DNA of 64,000 bases from the human T2T-CHM13v2.0 reference genome, Homo sapiens: NCBI RefSeq assembly GCF_009914755.1, contig NC_060944.1, one strand, 5' to 3'. The translations under genes were made by a program, and so were the position numbers. Shown in pieces: positions 1 to 14,389 of the stretch. The notes beneath the pieces were generated by a model that saw nothing but the letters and a program-made list of their open reading frames with translations, was not told where the DNA came from and ran no database searches. The stretch's first letter is position 1; every line of letters begins with the position of its first letter.

Positions 1-145
1 GAACCTCCAACTCTGTGGAGAAGGTAGAAGAGGAGGAAAGAGCAATGGAGGCTGAGAAGGAAGGAGGAAAGAGGAAAAATAGGAGAGACTTGTCATAGAA
101 ACTGGAAGAGGAGTTTTGAACAGAAAGAAAGAATCTACCAGTTAA
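1..145 (-). mobile_element. L2 LINE fragment (ancient)
   Basis: GGAGGCTGAGAAGGAAG...AGGAGAGACTTGTCATAGAAAC resembles the reverse-orientation L2 3' region; heavily diverged. Confidence 0.45.
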
Positions 146-329
146 CTGGCTAGCTCTTGTATAAGTTATAATTATGTAAAGAGTGTGGCATTGCTAAGAT
201 AGTAGAAATTTTTATTAAAAAATATTTTTTAAAGAAAAAAACAAGAAGAAACAAGGCTTGTATGCATTTAGGAAACATTTGTCACTTTAAATTTGTTTTA
301 CTATTGGATATTCAATATATACAAGTATA

Positions 330-1165
330 TACAATAAAGCAAAATAAATATCTGTATATCCATCACCTGTTTAATTGTTATAAAATCCTATTGCAGCTCC
401 CTGTTTATTTTTCCTTTATCTAAAAAACCTAAGGATATTTATTTTTCCCAAGTGGTATTGATATTCTTCTTTATTACATAGTTAATATCTGTTTAATTAA
501 CTTAGGCTTTTTAACCTACTAATTTTTATTCTTCTTATTTAAGCAATTTGACCCTATATGTTTTCTCCTAATTTCTTTCATACTGCATCTCATAAGTTCT
601 AATATTTTGGTTGCTTTTAAAATATCCTCAATGGGTTCCATGGAAAACCCATGTGTGCTATTTAATTGCTGGGCCCAGGGTTCACTATGTGTCCATATGA
701 TCATATTTACTTTTAATTTATCATTTGATTTTTATAGCTCCATTTTATTTTGCTTTGCATGTTTTGAAGCTATGTTGTTGGATACATATAATTTTCAACT
801 TCTTATAGGTTCATAGTTTCTTGGCAAATTGAAAACTTACTTAATTGTGTGCTGGTGCAATTTGTCTTAAATAATGTTTTTTTGCCCAAAGGCCTACTTT
901 ATTTGATATATTGTCATCAGTTTTTTGGTTAATAGTTTCTCTTATATCTCTTCTCATTCTTTTTCTTTCAAACTTATTCTTATGTTTTAGTCTATCTCAT
1001 TTTAACTGTATATCATTGTATATTTTAAATACAGTTTTGCAATCATTTTCCTTAATAAAATGATTAGTAAGTCTATATAAAGTTGTGACTATGGATATAT
1101 TTGGACTTATTTCTCCATCTCATTTTATTCTTTCAATTGTTCCTATTTTAATTTTTTGGCTGTTT
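330..1165 (-). mobile_element. Old L1M LINE-1 fragment (ORF2 endonuclease region), continues after 3860
   Basis: TTGAAGCTATGTTGTTGGATACATATA and neighbouring T-rich sequence match the antisense L1 endonuclease region. Confidence 0.55.
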
Positions 1166-1169
1166 CCTT

Positions 1170-3858
1170 TTTAAAATACTTTTATTTTAGGTTCAGAGGG
1201 TACATGTGTTAAGTTTGTGACAAGGTAAATTGTATGTCTCTGAGGCTTACTCTAGGAATGATTCTATCATCAAGATAGTGAGCACAGTACCTGACAGGTA
1301 GCCTTCCAATCCCTACCTCCCTTTCCCTCACCCCCCAGCAGTCCCCAGTATATATTGCTCCAGTCTCAGTGTCCATGTGTATTCAGTGTTTACCTCTCTT
1401 TTTTTGTAAGAGAGAACATGCAGTATTTGGTTTTCTTTTCCTGTATCAGTTTGCTTAGGATAATGGCCTCTGGCTACATCCATGTTGCTGCAAATGACAT
1501 AATTTCATTCGTTTTCATGGCTGTATGGTATTTCATGGTGTATGTGTACCACATTTTCTTTACCCAATACACTGTTGATGGACACCTAGGTTGATTTCAT
1601 GTCTTTGCTATTGTAAATAACACTGTTATACTAGTGCATGTGTTTGTTGTTGTTGTTGTTTTTGTTAGAACAACTTATTTTTCTTTGGGTATATACCCAA
1701 TTGTGAGATTGCTGGGTTGAATATTAGTTCTAAGTTTTTTGAGAAATCTCCAAACTGCTTTCCACAGTAGATAAACTAATTTGCATTGCCACCAGCAGCG
1801 TATAAGTGTTCCCTTTATTTCACAACCTGGCCAGCATCTGTTTTTTTTTTTTTTTTTTTTGACTTTTTAGTAATAGCAATTCTGTCTGGTGTGAGATGGT
1901 ATCTCATTGTGGTTTTGATTTGCATTTCTCTGATGATGAGTGGTAATGAGCATTTTTAAAAATATTTTTTGTCACATGTATGTCTTCTTTTAAGAAATGT
2001 CTTTGCTCATTGTTTAATGGGGTTATTTGTTTTTTGCTTGTTTGATTGTTTAAGTTTCTTATAGATTCTAGATATTAGACCTTTGACAAATGCATAGTTT
2101 ATGAATATTATCTCCTGTTTTGTAGGTTATCTGTTTACTCTGGTGATAGTTTCCTTTGCTGTGCAGAAGCTCTTTAGCTTAATTGGGTGCAACTTGTCAT
2201 TTTTTTGTCTTTGTTGCAATTGCTTTTGGGGACTTAGTGATAAATTCTTTGCCAATACCAATGTCCAGAATGATGTTTCCTGTGTTTTCTTCTAGGTTTT
2301 TTAGTTTTAGGTCTTACGCTTAAGTATTTAACCTATTTTGAGTTAATTTTTGAATATGGTGAATGAAAAGAGTCCAGTTTCAATCTTCTGCATATGGTTA
2401 GTTACTTATCCCAGCATCATTTATTGAATATAGAGTCCTTTCCCCATTGCTTATTTTTGTTGACTTTGTCGAAGGTCAGTTGGTTGTATTGTGGCTTTGT
2501 TTCTGGGTTCTCTATCCTGTTCCATTGATCTATGTGTGTGTTTTTGTATCAGTATTATGCTGTTTTGGTTACAGTAGCCTTTTAGTATAGTTTGAAGTCA
2601 TATAGTGTAATGCCTCTGGGTTTGTTCTTTTTGCCTATGATTGCTTTGGCAATTTGGGCTCTTTTTTGGTGCCATATGAATTTTAGTATGCTTTTTTCTA
2701 ATTCGTGAAAAATGTCACTGGTAACTTGATAGGAACAGCGTTGAATCCATACATTGCTTTGGGCAATATGTCCATTTTAACAATATTGATTATTTCCATT
2801 TATGAACATGGAATGTTTTTTCATTTGTTTATGTCATCTCTGATTTATTTCAGTAGTGTTTTGTAACTCTCATTGTAGAGATGTTTCACCTCCTTGGTAT
2901 GCTGTATTCCTAGGTATTTTATTCTACTTGTAGCTATTATAAATAGGACTGCATTCCATTCTCAATTTGGCTCAGCTTGGATGATATGGGTGTATATAAA
3001 CACTATTGATTTTTGTGTATTTATTTTGCATCCTGAAACTTTATGAAGTTGTTTATCAGTTCTAGAAGCTTTCTGGTGGAGTCTATGGGGTTTACTAGGT
3101 ATAGAAGCATATAATCAGCAAAGGGAAGGTTTGACTCCTTTTCCCATTCAAATGTCTCTTAATTCTTTCTCCTCCTGATTGCTTAGGCTAGGACTTCCAG
3201 TACTGTGTTGAATAGGAATGGTGAGAATGGGCCTCATCATCTTGCTCCATTTTTCAAAGTGAATGCTTCAGCTTTTGCCCATTCAGTATGATGTTGGCTG
3301 TGGTGAGGATGTATATGTGACATTGATGGCTCTTATTATTTTGAAGTACGTTCCTTCAATACCTAGTTTGTTGAGGGTTTTTAACATGAAGTGATGCCGA
3401 GTTATACTGAGCACCTTCTCTGTATCTCTTGAGATAATCATGTCGTTTTTGTTGTTAATTCTGTTTATGTGGTGAATCACATTTATTGATTTGCATATGT
3501 TAAACCAAACTTGCATCCCAGGAACAAAGCCTAGTTGATTGTGGTGAATTAACTTTTTGATGTGCTGCTGGATTTTGTTTGCTAGTATTTTGTTGAGAAT
3601 TTTTACATCTATATTCATCAAGGTTTTTGGCCTGAAGAAGTTTTCTTTTTTAATCATGTCTCTGCCAGGCTTTGGTACCAGAGCAATGCTGGCTTTGTAG
3701 AATGAGTTAGGAAAGAGTTTCTCCTCCTCAATATTTTGGAGTAATTTGGTAGTATTAGTACTAGTTCTTTGTATGTAATTTGGTTGTAAATCCATCTGGT
3801 TCAGAAATTTTTTTGGTTGGTAGGCTTTTGATTACTGATTCAGTTTCAGAACTCATTT
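1170..3858 (-). mobile_element. 5'-truncated older L1PA (about PA13-16) with ORF2 RT/C-terminal remnants and 3'UTR
   Basis: ORF 3283..3795 translates to L1 ORF2 ([38 protein letters not shown]); 3'UTR GGTACATGTG..GTGAGCACAGTACC at ~1200-1290. Confidence 0.9.
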
Positions 3859-3859
3859 C

Positions 3860-4798
3860 TTCTTTTTATCATATTGGATTACTTGTTTTTTTCTTGTTTA
3901 TTCTAACAGTTTTTATTCTACTGGTTTAGAATTTAATTACTCTCTTTTTGTTCTGTTTGGTTTTATCCTTGAAATTTTGACATTCATGTATAATTAAATG
4001 TAAAATCAGTCTCATTTCTGTACTCCAGAACAGGCTTAGAATTCAGTAATTCTGATAATTTCCTTCTCAAAGCATATGCTGATGATCAATATTTTAGTTT
4101 TGTGGGTTTTTGAACAATTGTATATTATTACTATAGTTGTATGTATGCAAATTTTTTTTACTTTGGTGTAAATTTGCCTACAAGTTTACAAGAGTCTTTT
4201 GTTTGTTTGTTTCTTCTACTTTGATTCTCAGATCTTTATTTTCAGATCATATTCTTTCTTTGTAGAAGTTATCTCTTAGAAGTGATGGTCTTATGTTAGT
4301 AAATACTTTGATTATTTATTTGAGAATGTGTTTATTTTACCCTGATTCTTGAGAGTTTATTTCACTGAGTATAAATTACAAATTAGTAGTAACGTTATTG
4401 TTGTTGGTCATAATTCAAAGATACATGTATATGTCCTCTAGCTTCCATTACAGCTGTGAGGAAGTCAGCTGTCAGTATACTCAATCTTGTTTTGCAGGTG
4501 ATTTTTCTATTTATTCTGGATGTTCTTATAATTTTCTTTTAGCGTTTGATATCCTGTTGTTTTACAACAATGGTTCTAATAATTTATGTCAATCCTGGCT
4601 TTTGGAAAATTCTCAGAATTTTTCTTTTCATGTACTCCCTCTCTAATTCTCTTCATTTTTCTCTTTCTGGAACTCTGATTAAACATGTAAAACTTTTTAT
4701 CCTGCCTGCTGTCAACTTATTTGTCCTATTTTTCTATTGCTTTGACATTCTGGTTATCAGTATTAGATCTGTTTATATCTTTAAGTTTTCTAAAGCTC
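3860..4798 (-). mobile_element. Old L1M ORF1/inter-ORF fragment (host of the L1PA insertion)
   Basis: GAGAATGTGTTTATTTTACCCTGATTCTTGAGAG and TGAGGAAGTCAGCTGTCAGT are typical antisense L1M ORF1 motifs. Confidence 0.55.
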
Positions 4799-4799
4799 T

Positions 4800-4903
4800 C
4801 TTTTTAAAAATAATTTTTCATTTTAAATGTTTGTGGGTACATAGTAAGTGTATATATTTATGGGGCACATGAGATGTTTTGATACGGTCATGCAACACAT
4901 AAA
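4800..4903 (-). mobile_element. L1MA2/3-type 3' terminus, abruptly truncated
   Basis: TTTGTGGGTACATAGTAAGTGTATATATTTATGGGG..ATGAGATGTTTTGATAC; same family as 54113-54352. Confidence 0.75.
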
Positions 4904-5878
4904 AGCAGATGTCTTCTGTGGGAGTGGAACCCTCATGGAGAATCTCTAGCAGGGCAGTCCAGAGGGGAAATGTGGGGTTGGAGTCCCCACACTGAGTCTC
5001 CACTAGGGCACAGCCTAGTAGAGCTATGAAAAGAGGGCCACCATCCTCCAGACCTCAGAATGGTAGGTCCACTGACAGCTTGCACTGTGTGCCTGGAAAA
5101 GCTGCAGGCAGTCAATGCCAGCCCTTGAGAGCAACCATGGGATCTGCGCCCTGCAGAAACTCACTCTTTGCATCAGTGTGGCCTGTATGTGAGACATGGA
5201 GTCAAAGATTATTTTGGAGCTTTAAGATGTAATGAGTGCCCTGCTAGGTTTCGAACTTGCATGGAGCCTGTAGCCCCTTTGTTTTTGCTGATTTCTCCCT
5301 CTTGGAAAGGCTATGTTTACCCAATGCCTGTACCCTCATTGTATCGTGGAAGTAACTAACTCGTTTTTTATTTTACAGGCTCGGAGGTGGAAGGGTCTTG
5401 CCTTGTCTCAGATGAGACTTTCAACTCTAGGCTTTTCAGTTAATGCTGAAATTAGTTAAGACTTTGGGGGACTGTTGAGAATGGATGCTTATATTTTGCA
5501 ATGTGAGAAAAACATGAGACTGGGGGGACAGGGGTAAAATATGGTTTAGATTTGTGTCCTCCCCCAAATCTCATGTCGACTTGTAATCCCCAGTCTTGGA
5601 GGAGAGGCATTGTGGGAGCTGATTTGATCATGGGGGCAGATTTCCCCCTTTCTGTTCTCATAATAGTGATGAAGTTTTCACCATATCTGGTAGTTTAAAG
5701 CTGTGTAGTACCTTCTATTTTGCTCTCTCCTCCTCCTGCTCCATCCATGTAGGATATTCCTGCTTCCCCCTCAACTTCCAACACAATTGTGCATTTCCTG
5801 AGGCCTCCTCAGCTGTGCGTCCTGTAAAGCCTGTGAAACCATGAGCCAATTAAACCTCTTTTCTTTATAAATTACCCA
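4904..5878 (+). mobile_element. MaLR MST/THE1-type internal 3' segment plus MSTA-like LTR (LTR ~5537-5878, 3' end missing)
   Basis: GGGGAAATGTGGGGTTGGAG..AGAGGGCCACCATCCTCCAGACC (internal); ATATGGTTTAGATTTGTGTCC..AATTAAACCTCTTTTCTTTATAAATTACCCA (LTR). Confidence 0.85.
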
Positions 5879-5879
5879 T

Positions 5880-8415
5880 ATTAAGCTACTCAATGAGATA
5901 CCAGGGTAAGGTAAAAACTCTCATAAACAAAAATTTAAAAGTAGTTCTAGATATGAATAAAACAATTTCTAGAGAGACAGATATAAAGAAAAACCAATCA
6001 GAACTTCTGGAAATGAAAGACACACTTAGAGAATTACAAAATTCAGTGTAAAGTTTTAACAATAGACTAGAACAAATAGAAAAAAAAATTAGACATCAAA
6101 TATAAGGTTTTTGAATTTTGAATAAGTGTGATACATAATATAAACAGAATTAAAATCAAAAACCATATCATCATATCAATAGATGCAAAAGCATTTGACA
6201 CAATCTAATATCCCTTTATAAAAACTCTTACCAAATGAGGCATATCAGGGACTTACATGAAAATAATAAAAACCATATATGACAATCCGACAGCCAACAT
6301 CTACTGAATATAGAAAAATTAAAAGCATTCCCCCTGAGAACAGGAACAAGACAAGGATGCACACTTTCACCACTTCTATTCCTCATAGTTCTAGAAGTCC
6401 TAGCCAGAGCGAATAGGCAGGAGAAGGAAATAAAGGATATCCAAATTGGAAAAGGGGAAGTCAAACTATCCCTGTTTGCAGATTATATGATTGTTTGTCT
6501 AGAAAATCTTGAAGACTCCTCCGAAAGATTCTTAGGTTCGATAAACAAATTCGGTGTCTCAAGTAACAAAATCAATGTGCATAAATCACTAGCACTGCTA
6601 TATACCAACAACAACCAAGCTGAGAATCAAATCAAGAATCGAGTCTTTTTTATAACAGCTGCAAAAAAAATAATAAAATACTTAGAGATATATTTAGCCA
6701 AAGAGGTAAAAGATCTCTATGAGAACTACAAAACACTCCTAAAAGAAATCAGATACGACACAAACGAATGAAAACACATGCTCATGTGAGGAAGAACAAA
6801 TATTGGGAAAAGGATCATAGTGCCCAAAGCAATCTGCAGATTAAATGCAATTCCTGTCAAAATACCAACATCATTTTTCACGAAATTAGAAAAAACTATC
6901 CTAAAACCCATATGGAACCAAAAAAGAGCTCAAATACTCAACGCAAACCTAAGCTAAAAGAGCAAATCTGGAGGTATCTCATTACCGGATTTCAAATTAT
7001 ACTAAGGCTATAGTTACCAACACAGTATGGTAGTGATGTAAAAGGAGACACATAGACCAATGGAACAGAATAGAGAACCAATAAATAAAGCCAGATACAT
7101 ACAGCCAACTGATCTTTGACAAAGCATACAAAAACATAAATGGGTAATAGATCCTCTATTTAATAAATGGTTCTGGGAATGCTGGCAAACCACATGTAAA
7201 ATAAGGAAACTGGATCCCTATCTCTTACCTTATACAAAAAAATCAACTCAAGATAGATTAAAAACTTAAATATAGGGCCTGAAACCATAAAAATTCTCAA
7301 GATAACACTGGGAAAACTCTTCTAGACATCAGCCTAGACAAATAATTCATGACTAAGACACCAAAAGCAAATGCAACAAAAGCAATAATAAATAAAGGGA
7401 CCTAATTAAACTAAAAAGCTTTTGCAAAGCAAAAGGAGTAATAATCAGAGTAAGCAGAGAACCCACAGAATGTGATAAAATATTTACAACTACACATCAG
7501 ACAGATAACTAGTATCCAGAATCTACAAGGAACTCAAACAAATCACTAAAAAAAATCAAATAATCACATCAAAAAGTGGGCAAAAGACATGAATTGACAG
7601 TGCTCAAAAGAAGATACACAAATAGCCAACAAACATGAAAAAATGTTCAACATCACTAATAATCAGGGAAATGCAAATAAAACCACAAGGAGATACCACC
7701 TTACTTCTGCAAGAATGGCCATTATTAAAAATTCAATAGATATTGCTGTAGATGTGGGGAAAAAGGAATACTTATATATTGTTGTTGGGAATGTAAATTT
7801 GTATAACCTGTATGGAAAACAGTGTGGAGATTTTTTAAAAGAACAAATAGTAGATCCACCATTGGATCCAGCAATCCCACTACTGGATATCTACTCAAAG
7901 GGAAAGAAGTAATTATAATAAAAAGACACTTGCACATGTATGTTTATAGCAGCACAATTCACAATTGAAAAGATGTGGAACCAACATAAGTGCCCATTGA
8001 CTAATGAGTGAATAAAGAAAATGTGCTATATATACACCATGGAATACTACTCAGTCATATAAAGGAATGAAATAGTCTTTTGTGCAGCAGCTTGGATGGA
8101 GCTGGAGGCCATCATTCTAAGTGAAGTAATACAGGAGTGGAAAGCCAAAAAAATGTGTTCCCACTTATAAGTCAGAGCTAAGCTATAAGTATGCAAAAGC
8201 ATACAGAGTTATATAATGGACTTAAGAGGGGGAGGGTGGAAAGGAGGCTAGGGATACGAAAACTACATATTGGGTAACATGTACACTACCAGGGTGATGG
8301 GTACACTAAAATCTCAGAATTTGCCATTGTGTGATTCATCCGTGTAACAAAAGTCCACTTGTACCCCAAAAGCTACTGAAATAAAAATTTAAAACAAAAC
8401 AAAAACAACAAAATA
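5880..8415 (+). mobile_element. L1PB-type LINE-1: ORF1 fragment joined directly to ORF2 RT-to-3' end, A-rich tail
   Basis: CAGAACTTCTGGAAATGAAAGACAC (ORF1); ORF2 remnants ([12 protein letters not shown]-like) from ~6120; L1PB 3'UTR ..CTTGTACCCCAAAAGCTACTGAAATAAAA. Confidence 0.85.
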
Positions 8416-8811
8416 ATCATTTGATCACACAGAAAAAGTAAATCCAAACTCTAAATCTGAGTGCCATTTGGTGATTGTACATTTGAGGAAAAACATTTTT
8501 TCTCCTGTAGGTAGAGTCAAAACACAGACAGGTGTCTTTGACAGCTCCTTTTGTGAAATGGGCTGGGTTTTTCTTTATTTTAACTTGTCAAGATATAAAC
8601 ATTGGAGACTTGGATAATGCAAGGATTTCTGCTCCAACTCCCTGCTTTCCATGGGACTAAGGCTAATTTCCATCTTTCTCAGGGCCCTCGCACCTGAATG
8701 TTTCCTGTGACTCATGAGATAAGCAGCAGCCTTTCATGCAGGTGCCTGCATCAGTGCCCTTCTGACTGTATGCCCACTTCGTATCACAACCATGTGCTTA
8801 AAAAGGTATTT

Positions 8812-9118
<307 letters not shown>

Positions 9119-10439
9119 AAAAAGGTATTTTCATATGTATTTTTCTAGAGTTTTAGGTATTCAGTAGAAGAAGATTTTTAGGACACCTAGTTTACCAATG
9201 ATTTTTTAAAGAGTGTCAAGTCCCACATATATTAGAATCTAAATAGAACATCAAGTTTTAGAAGTAATTTATTGTCATTAGTACTTAGAAGTGACCTAAC
9301 ACTGAAAATTAAAAACCAGGAGACAGAGAAGAACCACCTAGTATCTTCCCAAGAGCTAGATATTTGCCTCTTGGATGTTTGCTGGTTTTTCTGTGAGATC
9401 CCAAGATGATAATACATTCTTGTGGGAACTGGATTTAATATAGACAGGTTTTGATGTAATGTTGAAGAAAAACAAAGCTCAATTAATGAGGCTTTTCAAT
9501 TTGAAGAGTGGAAACACAGTGGGGGAAAGACACTGGGGCTTTGGGTAACTAATGAAGGCACAAAGAACTCCTGGTACTTTTCAAGGAAAACAAAGTACAA
9601 GAGGGTAAGTGAATCATAAAAAGGAGATGATGAAAAATAGTAGCAATTGCATATTTCCAAACTTATTAGATGGTTGGCTGTTTAAACATTTGTATTAAAA
9701 TTTAAGAAAATGCTGTGTTTCAAAAATATCTAAATTTACTTGTGATATTTAGATGATTATTTAAAATTATAAAATTCTGTCTTTTTCTTGCTGGAGTTAC
9801 AAATATTGTTTGGGCTGATGTTTTTCATTAGCGGTAGTAATTTGTGTGTTCTATTGTTTTTGAAGGAAACATATGGGACAGTGCTTTGGGATTATGTTGA
9901 CCCTACTTTTGGTCTAAATATTGAATTAAATTTCAATGTGGAAAAGTAAAAATATCATAAAGACAGTATCATTCTTATATGTGAGGGTCTGTGTCTACAA
10001 ATTTAATAAAAATCAATATAAGAACAATTATCTAAATAGTGTGGCTGAACACATGGACCCCCAAATTCTTAAAACCTAAATGTTCTTTGTCATTCGTATT
10101 CCATGATAATGTATGCATCAAAGACAGACTTGGTTGATTTTTGTTCCCTTCAATTATTCACTGAGACCTCAACTTTCAGTCAGATCAGTTGCTTCCCACT
10201 CAACTCTTGCAGATTGCAAATCTTCCCTGTTGAGTTGCACAGCAACTGCCACTCAACCTCACCTGCAAAAGGTTAGTCCAACATCTTTTTTTAAAATATA
10301 TTTTTGTGGCTCTAGAAATAAGCAAGCCAGCTGGCAGTATTCTAAACCAAGATGCTCAGATCTTGTTGTTAAGTGTAACACCATTGCCTTCCTAATTTTT
10401 GCAACTACAAGAGTACAATAAAAAGAACGTTCTACAAGG

Positions 10440-10605
10440 AAGAAGGGAGCTTGAAATCTAAGCTTATCTCTGCCAGTTACTGGCCATATGATTTTATAAT
10501 TATCTCCCTTCCCCTTTTTTAGCTTGCGTTTTTTTATTTCTAAGGTGAAGTAGTTAAATGAGATGATCGTTTGGATTGCTTCCAGGTCTGACATTCTGAT
10601 GATCA
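10440..10605 (+). mobile_element. MIR fragment
   Basis: CTCTGCCAGTTACTGGCC..AGATGATC..TTCCAGGTCTGACATTCTG resembles MIR3/MIRb. Confidence 0.5.
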
Positions 10606-10849
10606 CATGAAATAAAACCTTTGTGAGTGCACTGTGCTAGGTGGTCTTATATACCACTCCAAGGCTGTTTCATTATGCAATTTATGGTGTCAATATTCCT
10701 TATACTGTATTCTATAGTAACGGTGCCTTCTGGAGGACATTGCAGAGGGAGGCACTTACATATATTAACATGTGACACTCAGCCACATTCTATGCCCTAA
10801 TAAAATACTTGAGGAAAATGCAAAGGAAAATTTGAAGAGGTGGGGTCTA

Positions 10850-10980
10850 TACATTTTATGTAGGGAATCTCAAATTCAGAATGGTTAAGTCCATTGCGCA
10901 AGGTCATCCAGTAAGTTAGTGGCAGCCGTGGTATTTGAACATTTGGTAGCCAGATTCCTCAAGCAGTGCCCCTTTAATCA
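10850..10980 (-). mobile_element. MIR fragment
   Basis: GGTTAAGTCCATTGCGCAAGGTCATCCAGTAAGTTAGTGGCAG core. Confidence 0.65.
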
Positions 10981-11276
10981 GGCTTTAATGTTATTTTTCA
11001 CTGGATTATGACACTCATACATTGTATTTTTCAGGCTCATTTGCAAATAGAAAAAAAAGACAGTCAACGCAATCTAGCTTAAGCGCTCCATAATAGTTAA
11101 TTAATTAAAAATAATTATTAGTTTAAATAAATGAAAGGTCCATATAAAAATTGCATCAAGCTTCAAATCAAGACTTTTCTCTCTACCTCTGAATCCTGTT
11201 CCTCACTATGTTAGTTTTGTTCTAAGGCAAGCATGTCCCATGTGGTAATGCAATGGCGCTAAATTCTATGGTTTAT

Positions 11277-11640
11277 TTTTATAGACTGAATGTTCATGTC
11301 CCTCCAAAATTCATATGCTGAAATCCTAACCCCAATGTGATGGTGTTAGGAGTTGGGGCCTTTGAAATATTGTTAGGTCATGAGGGTGGGGCCCTCAAGA
11401 ATGAGATTAGTGGCCTAATATAGGAGGCCTGAGAGGTGCTCCTCACCCCTTCCACCATGTGAGAACATAGCCAGAAGATGGTCGTCTATGAAACAGAAAG
11501 TGAGTCCTCATTCAGACACCAAATCTGCCTGCTAATTGATCTTAGACTCTCCAGGCTCAACAATTGTGAGAAATAAATGTTTATTATTTAAAACACCCAG
11601 TCTATGGTAGTTTGTTATAGCAGCCCAACAGACTAAAACA
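11277..11640 (+). mobile_element. MLT1A/MSTD-type MaLR solo LTR, nested in an older LTR33/MLT-like relic (~11020-11900)
   Basis: TATAGACTGAATGTTCATGTCCCTCCAAAATTCATATGCTGAAATCCTAACCCC..TTTGTTATAGCAGCCCAACAGACTAAAACA. Confidence 0.85.
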
Positions 11641-14389
11641 TATTCTCAGAAACCCTAGTGGAAAGACAGATTCCATTCCTCAGTAGTTCCAACTGAAGTT
11701 GGAGTTCTTCATAAGTTGGAGTTCTTCATTGACAGGTCAGGCCATCTAAAAAGGGTCCAGGTGACCAGTAGGAACAGAATACTCTGTCCCTGGGTGTAAA
11801 ATGCCTGCTCAGTCCTGGGATGTATGGGGATAGTGTTAGCTTCACTGACCACAAGGATGAAAACAATGTCAAACATGGGCCGAGAGAAGAAAATCGTGGT
11901 GCCAGAGGTTGGGATGTAGTAGATGCCAAAGGAACAAAATGTAACATTTATTTACTACAGATGCCCAGTTCCAAAACTGAGACTCAACCGTTGTTACTGT
12001 CAAAGTGAGGAACGAATGTGGTGAAAGAAGAAATGCTGTGTTTTGAAGCTCTCTATTCTCTGTGTCGTATTTTTTAGCTAAGCCAACTGATAGTACGTTG
12101 AGGTAGTTCATTGCCAAGTGACAGCTCTGGTTGACATAAGAAAAAGATTACTTTATATAAATCTTCTGTTCTTTACCCATTATGATCTATTTTTGATATT
12201 ATTTCAGAAATAGACCTGAATATAAGGGGATAATATTATTGGTAGGTAGTAATTTGAAAGGAAACTCTGGTTCTTCCAATATTTCCATGAAAATATCCTT
12301 AATCTGTCTTTTAATATCTCACACAACAATCCTGGAAAATTGGTATTCTCCCTTGACACGGAGTGTTACCTGACCTCACAGAAAATAGGTAGAATGTCAA
12401 CTTTCAGCATTCCTCTTTTATTTATAGAGGTTATTAACATGTCATCTTTCTTATATTATGAACTTTTCAGAAATATGCAGTACTCTCTCAGATGAGTTCT
12501 CAGGACAATCTCTTGAATGGCTCCACAAGGAAACACATGATGAAATGATTGGTTGATAATTTGAAAAGACATTTCTATTTAATGAACATGATTTACTTGA
12601 AAACATGTCGATGCTACAGAGTTCACAGAAATGGGAATTACACATTGTCAACAATAAAATTTGTGCTTTTTATTTCCTTGTGACTCCATTAGGAAACAAT
12701 AGGTGTTTTGTGTTTATTGGAATAATTTATTCCTTACAAATTATGCATCAACATTAGCAAATAACAGTCTATGCAAAAGCATTGATAATGCATTTATTAC
12801 AATTATAGTATTGCCACTAAAAGAGAAAAAAGTGTGCTTCATTACCTGTATAAAAGGTACAACTATTTCAGTAGGCCTTTCCTCTTTTATGAAGTAGGTA
12901 TAATTCTCTTATTCTTAAGAATATTTATATATTGATAGCCCTCATGGCTGAAAGTTTCTATGGCCCTATCACAATTTTCCCAATAGGAATAGTGTTTATT
13001 TTTTAAAAATTCCTCTTTTTAGCAGGGATCACAGTGTATAGCACATATTACTTGTTTAATAAATACCTGTTGAAGAAATTAGTAAGTACAAATACATTTT
13101 TGATTCCATAACTTGCTTAGTCTCAGAGACTTAAGAAAACAATGGTGGGATATAAAAACCATCTATATTTTCACTGAGTGGAAATTATCTTGACAAGAGT
13201 TTGACAGGATATGAATATCTTGAATGAAACATTATTTACTCTTTGAAGAATGTGTATTTTTAAATAAAAAGAATCAAGTAAAAGACACCCTGGTCCCCAA
13301 TATATTAAAGGCTATTTCTTGTTCAGTAGTAACAGGCAACATCTAATTTATGTATCATAATAACTATCCCAGTTTTAGAAATGAATTTAACCCCTGTAAA
13401 AATTTGTAATATGAAACACACTAAAGGTAGTTAGAAACAGCAAAATAGACCTTAACACAGTGACCGTATCATATTAGTGTTTTTAGGCAGTGGAAACTCC
13501 AGCTGATAAATTATCCAAAGGCATAATTATAGCACATTTCTGCAAATGGGAGCTGGATGTATACAAAATAAAGTCTGATTAGGTGCCATCAGAATGGCAC
13601 CAATGGATCAACAGCCTAAATAACATAATGTTAGTGATTAAGATGATGACTAATTAGTTGTTCATTTGTCTTTAAAAAAAAGTGAACCCTAGCATGGTCA
13701 GTTGCCATTTCGATTATGAATCATTATTTTTTTCCTTGTTATAGAGGGAGAGCAAACAGTTGGTTCTTTTAAATTGCTTTTCCCTGGCATCTGGAACAGG
13801 TCTTGTGAGTCAGAGTGAAATTTCCGATTTAAATCACCCCAGCCAAGTATCATTTGATCAAGAGTAGAAAATAGTGACGGTTAGTAAATTAACTTCTCTC
13901 AGTATAGATAAACACATAATAATTTCAAACTCTCCAGGAAATACCATCCTATTACAAGAATTTGTTTAAAAATTGTGAGATTTTCTCCATGCTGTGCAAT
14001 TGCCCGTAAGTTGCTGTAAAGGGAGAAGAACTTGGCTTCGTTTGAAGGCTGCAGTTCCCAGCCCTGCTTCATCATTGAACAAATGAAGATCACGCCTTAG
14101 CTCTTTATCTATTAAGTGAGATAAATCAGAATGTTCTGATTCCATGTCTCTGGAGTGAACTTTATCACCGGGTGTTCACATGAGCAGAAGCTAAATAGTT
14201 CCAGGTGGTTTGATGTGTCTCTCAGACTCGACATCTGCCCTGTTATACAGTTCCAAGTTTTCATGCCATTGACCATTTAGAAGTAAAGCATGATCTTGAA
14301 CCCAGTCTGGCCACTAGCTTCTCTGACCTAATCAAGGTATTGAGCTTTTGCTCGACTCTCTCCCCACCTGGATTCTTGCTCCAATAACA

